A stretch of 64,000 nt of DNA, from the NCBI GenBank assembly GCA_047601445.1, contig JASGJH010000001.1:2304001-2368000 (forward strand), read 5' to 3'. This stretch comes from Myxococcales bacterium. GTDB lineage: Bacteria > Myxococcota_A > Polyangia > Polyangiales > DASUME01. Of the stretch, positions 17,694 through 26,020 are shown one piece after another; positions within the stretch are counted from its first letter, which is position 1, and each line of letters opens with the position of its first letter. Below the pieces are notes generated by a model. The model had not been told where the DNA came from and did no database searches. It was given only the letters and a program-made list of their open reading frames with translations. The translations under genes and the position numbers were made by a program.

Positions 17694-18485
17694 TCAACCA
17701 CCCGCCCCGGTATAGGCCCTGATAGACCTAAGCCATACCCCCCGCGAGAGTACGAGAAAAAACAGCGCCACGCCCACGGCAATCCCCACTTCCCTCCCGT
17801 GGAGGCGGCCGAGCAACGCCAGAGCAGGATACGTGGTCATCAGGGCCAGCGGAATGACGAAAGTGAAAACGAAGGCGAGCACTCCCCGAAACACGCTGGA
17901 GGGCCAGCGCGCGGCATCGAAGGTGCTCACGATCAAATAGCTGAGGTTGTCGATCTTCACGACGTAGAAAGCCAAGCTCACCACCAAGATCCAGAGCGCA
18001 TACAGGATGGCGAGTGCGCACAGCAGCACCAGACCGGCCAGGCCGAATTCGCGTAGGCCCGGTGCGCCTCGGGTGTGGGCGAGGGCCCAACCCGTCAACG
18101 AGAGACCTGCCGCCACATCCACCACCCGCGCCAGCTCGAGCTTGCTCGTGGAGAGCAGAAACTGAGCATCGACGGGCTTGAGCAGCAGGAAGTCGAGAGT
18201 GCCCTTGCGGATGTGCTCGACCACGTTGCCGAGCGAGGGCTGAATCACGCCCACCAAGACACCTTTGAGGGCCATGAAGAAGCCCACCACGATGAGCGCT
18301 TCGTGGGCCGTCCAGCCCGCCACACCAGGGCGCATGTTGAACAGCACGAGCAGCGGCACCAACGCGATGCCACTCCAGAACAGCGCCATGAACGCCTGCA
18401 CGAAGAAGTCCACGCGGTACTGCAGCGAGAGCAGCACCGCTGCCTTGACCTGGATCTTCAGTAATGTCTGGTAGCGCCTGAGCAC
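17694..18485 (-). CDS. ABC-2 type permease (DUF990-like)
   Basis: LQYRVDF, IRKGTLDFLLLKPVDAQF and FTFVIPLALMTTYPA; GTG start 2 nt after the upstream stop. Confidence 0.88.
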   Translation of the reverse strand: MLRRYQTLLKIQVKAAVLLSLQYRVDFFVQAFMALFWSGIALVPLLVLFNMRPGVAGWTAHEALIVVGFFMALKGVLVGVIQPSLGNVVEHIRKGTLDFLLLKPVDAQFLLSTSKLELARVVDVAAGLSLTGWALAHTRGAPGLREFGLAGLVLLCALAILYALWILVVSLAFYVVKIDNLSYLIVSTFDAARWPSSVFRGVLAFVFTFVIPLALMTTYPALALLGRLHGREVGIAVGVALFFLVLSRGVWLRSIRAYTGAGG

Positions 18486-18487
18486 GC

Positions 18488-19294
18488 TCAGCCTCCGTAG
18501 GCCGCGAAGCTCCGCATGCCCCGCTTCCAGAGGAAGTAGGAGAGCGCGGAAAAGCAGGCGATCCAGAACCACTGCAGCAAGAGGTCGAACAGACACGCGC
18601 GCAGCGTCATCAACCCGAGTAAGGCCTCCACCGGAAAGGCCAACATGGAGCGGAAGGGCAGGCCACGCACCAACTCGGCGATGCCCGGCGGAAAGAATTC
18701 GAGCGGCATCACGTAGCCCGAAAACACCGTGTACAGCCCCAACCACAGATCGAACACGGCGATGGAGCTCTCCCAGAACAGCGAGAGCGTGCCGATGGCC
18801 GCCATCGCGCTGAAGCTCAAGAGGAAGGCCCCCAGCACGGCCACGGGCACCAGGAGCAACTGCCATGGATCATGCGAGAAAGACCCCAGGCCCAGCCACA
18901 GCACGCAGAGCACGGCGATGGGGGTCGCGACGATGAGCCGCATCGGCATGGCGGCCAAATTCTCGGCCAAATAGCTGAGCAGCGGGTGCACGGGGCGCAA
19001 CAGCCGCTTCTGCAGGGTGCCCTGACGCACCTCCATGTTCATTTCCCACACCACCCAGGATCCTGAGAGCAAACGGATCACGAGCGTCGCCATGAAGTAC
19101 GCGCGGAACCCCTGCTCGTCGAAGCGTCCCACCGGAGCCTCGCGCGCAACGGCCGTCCACAACGACAGCATGATGATGGGCATGGTGTACGCGAGCACCC
19201 AGACCAGAAACTCCGCGCGATAGGCCACCGCGTCGGCGAAGCCCACCTTGAGCATGGTGGGAAAGGCGCGCGCGGTGTGCAGCCACTGCTTCAT
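18488..19294 (-). CDS. ABC-2 type permease (DUF990-like)
   Basis: VAYRAEF, EVRQGTLQKRLLRPVHP and FSGYVMPLEFFP; ATGA overlap with the ATPase gene. Confidence 0.88.
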   Translation of the reverse strand: MKQWLHTARAFPTMLKVGFADAVAYRAEFLVWVLAYTMPIIMLSLWTAVAREAPVGRFDEQGFRAYFMATLVIRLLSGSWVVWEMNMEVRQGTLQKRLLRPVHPLLSYLAENLAAMPMRLIVATPIAVLCVLWLGLGSFSHDPWQLLLVPVAVLGAFLLSFSAMAAIGTLSLFWESSIAVFDLWLGLYTVFSGYVMPLEFFPPGIAELVRGLPFRSMLAFPVEALLGLMTLRACLFDLLLQWFWIACFSALSYFLWKRGMRSFAAYGG

Positions 19295-20268
19295 GACTGC
19301 CCTTGTTCGAACAAGTCGGAGAGCACCTCTTCGAGTGGCGGGTCCTCCACCGTCAGGTCGACCACGGGTAAGCGAGCGAGCAGCGCGGAGATGCACGCGG
19401 AGAGCTCCGCCTGCGCCACCTGCAGACGCACCTCACGCCCCTCCTGGCTCACCACGCGCGCCCCGCAGCCTCCGAGATCGACCGCAGAGACGTCAGCCGA
19501 AAGCTTCAAACTGACCCGCTTCTCGGGGTGCAGCTTGTGGACCAGATCCGTAAGCGGTCCGTCCCACACGATGTGTCCCTGGTCGATCACGATGATGCGC
19601 GGGCACAGCGCGGCCACGTCCTCCATGTAGTGGCTCGTGAGGATGACCGTGGCGCCGTGCTGCTCGTTGTAGCGACGGATGAACTCGCGCACGTTGCTCT
19701 GCATGGTGACGTCGAGGCCGATCGTGGGCTCGTCCAGGAACAACACCTTGGGTCGATGCAGGAGCGCGGCACAGAGCTCGCACTTCATGCGCTCGCCCAG
19801 GGACATCTGGCGCACGGGCTTGCCCAGCAGGGGCTCCAACTTCAACAGGTGCACGAGCTCGTCGAGGGTCTGCTGGTAGGCCGCGCGCGGAACGCCGTAA
19901 ATGGCGCGGTTCAAATCGAAAGTCTCCGAGGGCGGCAAGTCCCACAGGAGCTGCTGCTTCTGCCCTGCCACCAGCATGATCGAACGCAAGAAGTCCGGAT
20001 TCCGCTCGAATGGCACGTGTCCCGCCACGAGCGCGCGCCCTGCGCTCGGAAAAAGCAGCCCGGACAGCATCTTGAGGGTGGTCGTCTTGCCTGCCCCGTT
20101 GGGCCCCAGAAAGCCCACCCGCTCGCCTGCGGCGATGCGGAACGAGACGCCGTCGACCGCTTTCACGGTGCGCTTGGGCCGCGTGATCAAGGAGCGCGCT
20201 GCTGCCCACACACCGGGAGGCCGCTCATGGACACGATAGAACTTGCTGAGCCCGTCGACCTCGATCAC
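19291..20268 (-). CDS. ABC exporter ATP-binding subunit
   Basis: Walker A GPNGAGKTT; signature MSLGERMK; Walker B LFLDEPT. Confidence 0.95.
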   Translation of the reverse strand: MIEVDGLSKFYRVHERPPGVWAAARSLITRPKRTVKAVDGVSFRIAAGERVGFLGPNGAGKTTTLKMLSGLLFPSAGRALVAGHVPFERNPDFLRSIMLVAGQKQQLLWDLPPSETFDLNRAIYGVPRAAYQQTLDELVHLLKLEPLLGKPVRQMSLGERMKCELCAALLHRPKVLFLDEPTIGLDVTMQSNVREFIRRYNEQHGATVILTSHYMEDVAALCPRIIVIDQGHIVWDGPLTDLVHKLHPEKRVSLKLSADVSAVDLGGCGARVVSQEGREVRLQVAQAELSACISALLARLPVVDLTVEDPPLEEVLSDLFEQGQS

Positions 20269-20306
20269 GGCCTCGGTTCTAACCGAGGGGGGCCGAGCGG
20301 TCGATG

Positions 20307-21464
20307 CTAGTGAGAGCGCGGCTGCATGGGCGGCGGCTCGCTGATGGCCGAAGGCCGCTGTTGCTTCGCGAGCAGAGCCTCCAGCATCAAGCGGTGAATT
20401 CGGGTCCAGGTGCCGTCCCAGGAAGCCTGGGCCAGGAACGCGTCGCGCTGATGGGGACCGCAGGGGTCATCCTCTCCCTTGAGAACCGCGGCGATCTGGC
20501 CGGCGAATTCCTCGGCGTGGTCTGCGGTGCGCAGGAGTCCGAGCTCTCCGAACGGAGTGACCAGATCGGGTAGCGCCCGCGCGACCACCGATTTGCCCGC
20601 AGCCAGGTACTGGAGCGCCAAGCGAGGGGTCACGGTGCGCCCGGCGGCCAACTCGGACAGCGGCAACATGGCGACATCCCAATCGGCCAGATAGGTCGGC
20701 ACGTCCTCCAGGCGTTTGAAGCCCAGGTAGTGGACGTTGGCATGGTTCGGCAGCAGCGCCTCACAGGCTGGATCGAGATCGCCGAGCAAGACGAAATTCC
20801 ATTTCGGCCGCAGGGTGGCTAGCTCGGCCAACAGATCGAAGTCGACGCGCTCGTCGATGCGCCCCACGTAACCGATGCGTGGGCCCGGGATGGCCGCCTG
20901 GTCACCGGGCACCTCACTGGCGGTGCGCGCCTGCCCGAAAAACTCGAGGTCGATGCTGCTCGGCACCTCGTGCACGTTGCCGTGCTGGCTCGCCTTCGCC
21001 TCGTAGAGGGCATGGTTTCCGACCAACAGCAGGTCGGATTGGCGCACTAGCTCGCGCTCCCAGGCGAGCAGGCCCGGGATCGCCGTCTCGTGTTGATCGG
21101 TGAGGTTGTGACTGCAGTCGTAGACGGTGAGGCTGCGATGGAGCCCCTCGGTGACCGGCACAGCCGCCGGCGTGTAGAACCACAGGATGGGTCGGTCGAT
21201 GCGGTGCTCGGCCCGTAGGAGCGCCAGCTGGCCGCGCCAGAGCGCATGCAGCTCGTCCTCGCTGTAGCCGGCGGCGAGATGGGGCACCACGCGCCACAGG
21301 TTCGGGGCGAGCTTGGTGACCTCCGCGTAGGTGGCGTCGATCACCGGCTCCTCGATGAAGAACACGCGGTGATGCCGCGCGCAGCGCAACATCAGGTGGT
21401 TCGGGCGGTCGTGCGCCTCGGACCAACGGAGGTGCGAGAAACACAGCACGGTCGGCAGCGTCAT
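20307..21464 (-). CDS. GT-B glycosyltransferase (GT4-like)
   Basis: CFSHLRW...RPNHLM, LWFYTP, VYDC, IGYVGRIDERVDFDLL and YLAAGKSVV; GAGAGG RBS. Confidence 0.85.
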   Translation of the reverse strand: MTLPTVLCFSHLRWSEAHDRPNHLMLRCARHHRVFFIEEPVIDATYAEVTKLAPNLWRVVPHLAAGYSEDELHALWRGQLALLRAEHRIDRPILWFYTPAAVPVTEGLHRSLTVYDCSHNLTDQHETAIPGLLAWERELVRQSDLLLVGNHALYEAKASQHGNVHEVPSSIDLEFFGQARTASEVPGDQAAIPGPRIGYVGRIDERVDFDLLAELATLRPKWNFVLLGDLDPACEALLPNHANVHYLGFKRLEDVPTYLADWDVAMLPLSELAAGRTVTPRLALQYLAAGKSVVARALPDLVTPFGELGLLRTADHAEEFAGQIAAVLKGEDDPCGPHQRDAFLAQASWDGTWTRIHRLMLEALLAKQQRPSAISEPPPMQPRSH

Positions 21465-21487
21465 GGGGCCCTCTCGGGCGTTCCTGA

Positions 21488-21503
21488 CGCAACTTGGATG
21501 CCA
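21488..21503 (-). promoter_or_regulatory. sigma54 -24/-12 promoter
   Basis: The minus strand reads TGGCATC-CAAG-TTGCG (GG-N10-GC), about 24 nt upstream of the glycosyltransferase start. Confidence 0.7.
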
Positions 21504-21726
21504 CTGGTCACACTGCGAGTCAGCCCGCGAGGGCACGCGGGCGCCCAGGGTCGAGCGAGCGGGTGGCACCCGAAGGCCTGTTTTCGCACGGGTCGAGCGG
21601 GCTTCACCGCCGTCCTGCGAGGCGGGCGTGCCGACGCAGCCCAGCACGCTTAAACGCGAACGCCGCGCTCACCATTGTGGGCGCGGCGTTCGTGGATGCG
21701 CGGAGGAAGCCCCGCAGCTCAGGAGA

Positions 21727-22443
21727 TCACTTGCAGGGCTGTGCGCAGAGGCCCATGCCCTGGAGGTTGAGGCAGCTTCCGCTGAGGCCCATCGTGGAGC
21801 AGGCCGTGCCGTTGGTGGTGCAGGTGGAGTCGGTCGGGGGCAGCGCGGTGAAGCCGGTGTCCATCACGCAGAGGTTCGTGTTGAAGATGGGGCCGGTGAG
21901 GATGGTGGAGGGGGGCGCGCACTTGAAGCCGCCGCTGGTCGGGCAAGCCTTGGCCTCGACGCCGCCGTCGCCGCCCAGGTTCGGGATGCCGCCGTCGCCG
22001 CCGAGCAGGTCGCCGATGGGGCCGCACTTGCCGGTGGGCTTGCCGCTCTCGCACTTCTGGTAGCCGCCCTTGCACTGGGCGACTTCGAGGCCCTGCACGG
22101 TCACACAGACGCCGTTCAGCGCGCCGCTGTCGCGGTCGAGGAACTCGGACTGGGGCTTGCACTTACCGGTGGGCTCACCGTTTTCGCAGAGCTGGAAGCC
22201 GTCGTCGCCATCGCTGGTGGTGCACTGCTTGCCCATGATGCTGGTTCCGGGAAGCGTCTGGCACGCGGCACTGTCGCCATCGCCGTCGCCATCACCGTCG
22301 CCATCACCGTCGCCATCGCCGTCACCGTCGCCAGGAGTCGGCGCCGGAGCGGGAGCCGGGTCGTCGCCACAGGCGATGATGCCGCCACCAAGGAGACCAA
22401 GGGCAAGGATGGACAGCTGAATCTTACTAAGGACCGAGCGCAT
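21727..22443 (-). CDS. Cys-rich lipoprotein with (GD)10 linker
   Basis: Lipobox IIAC; PAPAP plus (GD)10; internal repeat CENGEPTGKC / CESGKPTGKC. Confidence 0.8.
   Translation of the reverse strand: MRSVLSKIQLSILALGLLGGGIIACGDDPAPAPAPTPGDGDGDGDGDGDGDGDGDGDSAACQTLPGTSIMGKQCTTSDGDDGFQLCENGEPTGKCKPQSEFLDRDSGALNGVCVTVQGLEVAQCKGGYQKCESGKPTGKCGPIGDLLGGDGGIPNLGGDGGVEAKACPTSGGFKCAPPSTILTGPIFNTNLCVMDTGFTALPPTDSTCTTNGTACSTMGLSGSCLNLQGMGLCAQPCK
22273..22332 (-). repeat. Coding hexanucleotide repeat encoding (Gly-Asp)x10
   Basis: Ten units of GG(C/T)GA(C/T) with synonymous variation. Confidence 0.9.
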
Positions 22444-22763
22444 GTTTGACTCCGAGTTGTCGAACGCCCGAGGCACTTGCGGCGGCAGGTGCAGGCGGGT
22501 CGCTCGCGGACGTTGCTGGTGGGACGGACTACCCTCAGGGGTGAGTACGGACCGAGCGGAGGCTATAGCTGTCTCCACTGAGCTCCAATGACTTCAAGCG
22601 GTGAAGCATTGACCCTGTAGCCCCTTGTGAGGGCACGCCTCAGAATCTGACCCGGTCTGTACCTTGGCCCACCCGCATCGGCTGTAGATATCCGACAGGC
22701 CTAGAAAATGCGGGGACACAGCCACGGTCTCCGTGCCGGCTGCGGGCCTCGGTGCCGGCCCGC

Positions 22764-24230
22764 TCACTTCCTCTTGAGCAGGTCGGCGAGGGTGCCTAGC
22801 TTGCCGGCGCTGGCCGACTGGGCCCGGAAGCCGTCGAAGTCGGCGCGTTCTTCGTCGTCCTTGATGGCGCGCAGGGACAGCTTGAGCTTGCCCTCGCCGG
22901 TCTCCAGCACCTTGGCCGTGAGCTTGGTGCCCAGCGGGAAGAGCTTGCGCGTGTCCGAACCGCGCGGCGTGCCGAGTTCGGCGTTCGGAATCAGGCCGCG
23001 CCCTACCCGACCGCGAGTGCCGTCGACTTGGAGGAACAGGCCGTAGGGCTCGATGCGATCGACCGCGCCCTGGACGATGGCGCCCACGGCGAGACTGGGT
23101 CCGCGTGCCTCGGCGCCCACCTCGAGCCCTTCGGGCGCGGGGGCCAGCGAGATCTTGCGAGCGCCGGCGTCGACGCTGCGCACCACCACGGTCATCGCGT
23201 CGCCCACCTTGAGCGCGTCGGAGGGATGCGCGACCTTGCCGCCCAGCTCGGACACGTGCAGCAGCCCCTCGATGCCGGGCGCGATGCGCAGGAAGGCCCC
23301 GAAGTCGGCCAGACGCGTGACGCTGGCGCGCACCACCTTACCCACCGGAGCCAGGCTCTGGACGCTCTCCCACGGATCGGCGCTCAGGGCCTTCAATGAG
23401 AGCGTGATCTTGGTGGTCTTCTCGCCTCGCTTGTCGACGCCGTCCTTGATTTCGCGGACCTGCACCTCGACCGCGTCGCCCGCGGCCAGGAGCCCCTCGG
23501 CGCGCGCGGCGCGGTCATGGGACATCTCGGCGTTGGGGATCAAGCCCTCGACGCCGCCGAGGTCCACGAACGCGCCGAACTCGCGGATGGCCGTGACGCT
23601 GCCACGCAGCACCGCACCCACCGTGATCTTGGCCAACGTCTCGGCCGAACGTGCGCGGGACTCTTGCTCGAGCGCCGCGCGCCGCGACAGCACGACCCGC
23701 TTGCCGTTGTCGCGGAGTTCCGTGACGACGAACGACAGTGTGCGCCCGACCAGCTCCTGCGGGTTCTGCACGAAGCCGCGATCGGCCTGCGAGATCGGGC
23801 AAAAGGCGCGTACCCCCGCCACCTCCACCTCGAGCCCGCCCTTGTTCACGCCGCTGACCTTGCCCTCGACCGGCACACGCGCGGCGTGGGCGCTCTCGAG
23901 CTCCGCGAGCCCTTGCGGGCGGCCCATGGTGCGGCCCAGGCGAACCTCGCCGTTTTGAACCGCGACGACCACGGCCTCCACCACGTCGCCGACCTTGAGC
24001 GAGGTCTGGCCGTCCGCGTCCTTGATGTCTTGCATGTCGAGGAAGGCGCTCACGCGCTTGCCCGCGCCGGTTTGCGCCAGCTCCACGAACACGGCGTCCT
24101 TGCCTACCTGCACGACCTCCGCTCGGACCCGATCGCCGAGCGCCGGCAGGCGGCTCTTCTGGGGCTTCTGTCCGCGCGTCTCGGCTTCGAAAAGGGACGC
24201 AAAACTCTCGCTGTTTTTCTCGCTGCTCAT
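22764..24230 (-). CDS. Multi-S1-domain RNA-binding protein (ribosomal protein S1 paralog)
   Basis: Repeated S1 motifs: VEGKVSGVNKGGLEV..RAFCPISQ, FGAFVDLGGVEGLI, FGAFLRIAPGIEGLLHVSEL; C-terminal LGTLADLLK. Confidence 0.88.
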   Translation of the reverse strand: MSSEKNSESFASLFEAETRGQKPQKSRLPALGDRVRAEVVQVGKDAVFVELAQTGAGKRVSAFLDMQDIKDADGQTSLKVGDVVEAVVVAVQNGEVRLGRTMGRPQGLAELESAHAARVPVEGKVSGVNKGGLEVEVAGVRAFCPISQADRGFVQNPQELVGRTLSFVVTELRDNGKRVVLSRRAALEQESRARSAETLAKITVGAVLRGSVTAIREFGAFVDLGGVEGLIPNAEMSHDRAARAEGLLAAGDAVEVQVREIKDGVDKRGEKTTKITLSLKALSADPWESVQSLAPVGKVVRASVTRLADFGAFLRIAPGIEGLLHVSELGGKVAHPSDALKVGDAMTVVVRSVDAGARKISLAPAPEGLEVGAEARGPSLAVGAIVQGAVDRIEPYGLFLQVDGTRGRVGRGLIPNAELGTPRGSDTRKLFPLGTKLTAKVLETGEGKLKLSLRAIKDDEERADFDGFRAQSASAGKLGTLADLLKRK

Positions 24231-24290
24231 GCTACTGGCCGCCCGGTTTAGCGGACTGCCCGCAACCGGCAATCCGACGCGATCGTCCGC

Positions 24291-25079
24291 TTACTCGCCC
24301 GCCATCGGCAGCTTGCTGTCGGCCGGGGTAGCCAGCTCGAGCACCCGGTAGGGCGGGCGGTCCGCGAAACTGCGTCGGAGCAGCGGCATGGCCACGTTGT
24401 AAACGGGCTGATCCCGGCTGGTCCTGGCCTCGAGCTGACCGCGGTGGGCGTGCCCATGAAAGACGGCACTCAGCGGGTACCGCAGCAAGGGCTCCTCCAG
24501 ACGGCTGCAGCCGAGGAACGGGAAAATCTCGAGCGGCTCCCCCTCGATGGTCCCACGCACCGGCGCGTAGTGCAGCAAGACCACGCGGTGCTCCGTGCGC
24601 AGGCGTGCGAGGCCCGACTCGAGCTTGAGCGACTCTTCGATGGCGTAGTCCACGAACCGCTTGATCTCGGGCTCGCCCCAGTGCCCCAGCGTGTGCGAGC
24701 CGAAGCCGCCGCAGAACCCCTTCACGCCCGTGAACCCGACACCCATCACTTCCACCGAGTCCCCCGAAAGCATGGTGACGCCGGCCCCCTTGAGCACGCG
24801 CGCCACCTCGTCGGCCTTGCCGGACTCGCAGTCGTGGTTTCCGAGCACGCCGAGCATGGGCACACGGACGGCGCTGAGCTCGCGCGCCAGCACCTCGGCC
24901 TCTTCGAGGGTGCCGTAGTCGGTGAGGTCGCCGCAGAGCAGCAACACGTCGGCTCGCTCGTTCACGCTGCTGAGCCACGGGGCAAACTGCCCCACCGAGT
25001 CCTTCTTGCAGTGGAGGTCCCCGACCGCCGCCAAACGGACCACTTGCTTCTTCTCGGTTACCGCGCGTTTTGCTCCCAT
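24291..25079 (-). CDS. Calcineurin-like metallophosphoesterase
   Basis: All five motifs present: GDLH, GDLTD, GNHD, LLH and HGHAH. Confidence 0.92.
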   Translation of the reverse strand: MGAKRAVTEKKQVVRLAAVGDLHCKKDSVGQFAPWLSSVNERADVLLLCGDLTDYGTLEEAEVLARELSAVRVPMLGVLGNHDCESGKADEVARVLKGAGVTMLSGDSVEVMGVGFTGVKGFCGGFGSHTLGHWGEPEIKRFVDYAIEESLKLESGLARLRTEHRVVLLHYAPVRGTIEGEPLEIFPFLGCSRLEEPLLRYPLSAVFHGHAHRGQLEARTSRDQPVYNVAMPLLRRSFADRPPYRVLELATPADSKLPMAGE

Positions 25080-25145
25080 GGGTGGCTCGCTCTCGCTGAT
25101 GTTCCCGAGCCAGAAGGGCAAGGAACATGCCCCAAGGCATGGGTT

Positions 25146-26009
25146 TTGCTGCTTTCGCAAGACGTGCTCGACGCCAAAACTCGCGCCTTTTATCGACACA
25201 TCCTCTCCGAGCTGCGGCACGAAGGCATTCCGTTCGCTATCGGTGGAGCGTACGGATTGCGCTTTCATACGGGCATCGTGCGTCAGACCAAGGATCTCGA
25301 TCTCTTTCTGCGGCGACAGGATCTGGAGCGCGCGCTCAACCTGCTCAGCGCAGCGGGCTATCGCACCGAGGTCACGCATTCGCACTGGCTGGGCAAGGTC
25401 TACGCGGGACACGACTTCATCGACATCATCTTCAGCTCGGGCAATGGCGTAGCCGTGGTGGACGACGCGCTATTCGAGCATGCGACGAAGGGCCTGTTGC
25501 TCGGCGTGCCCGTGCTCTGGTGCCCGGTGGAAGAGATGATCTGGAGCAAGGCCTACGTGATGGAGCGGGAGCGCTACGACGGAGCAGACGTCGCGCATTT
25601 GTTCCACGTGTGCGGGACGCGGATCGATTGGCCGCGCCTGCTGGCGCGCTTCGGCAGTCACTGGCGCCTCTTGTTCGCTCACCTGGTGTTGTTCGGCTTC
25701 ATCTATCCGGCGGATCAACACAGCATCCCGGCCTGGGTGCAGCTCGAGTTGATGCAGCGTCTGCAGAGCGAGATCCACGCGGCCCAACGCGGCGACGCCG
25801 TGTGCGCGGGCACGCTGCTCTCGCGCGAGCAATTCCTGATCGACGTGGAGGACTGGGGCTACGTGGACGGCAGGCTCGCACACGGCGCCATGAGCGAGAG
25901 TGAAATCGCGCACTGGACCTCGGCCATCGAACACCCCAGGCAGAGCGTGGAACCCCGATCCACTCCGCGCACGGCGCGCGTGCCGATTCGGCGCACGACA
26001 CGCGACTAG
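25146..26009 (+). CDS. Pol-beta superfamily nucleotidyltransferase (uncharacterised family)
   Basis: IGGAYG...TKDLDLF...IDIIF (hG[GS], DxD, third Asp); WSKAYVMERERYDGAD. Start is TTG 25146 or GTG 25164. Confidence 0.85.
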   Translation: MLLSQDVLDAKTRAFYRHILSELRHEGIPFAIGGAYGLRFHTGIVRQTKDLDLFLRRQDLERALNLLSAAGYRTEVTHSHWLGKVYAGHDFIDIIFSSGNGVAVVDDALFEHATKGLLLGVPVLWCPVEEMIWSKAYVMERERYDGADVAHLFHVCGTRIDWPRLLARFGSHWRLLFAHLVLFGFIYPADQHSIPAWVQLELMQRLQSEIHAAQRGDAVCAGTLLSREQFLIDVEDWGYVDGRLAHGAMSESEIAHWTSAIEHPRQSVEPRSTPRTARVPIRRTTRD

Positions 26010-26020
26010 CGTGGTGGGTC

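Noticed and set aside
24444..25412. Apparent long overlap of the NTase and phosphoesterase ORFs
   Set aside because: Artefact of longest-start calling; the motif-bearing regions begin at about 25146 (+) and 25079 (-) and do not overlap.
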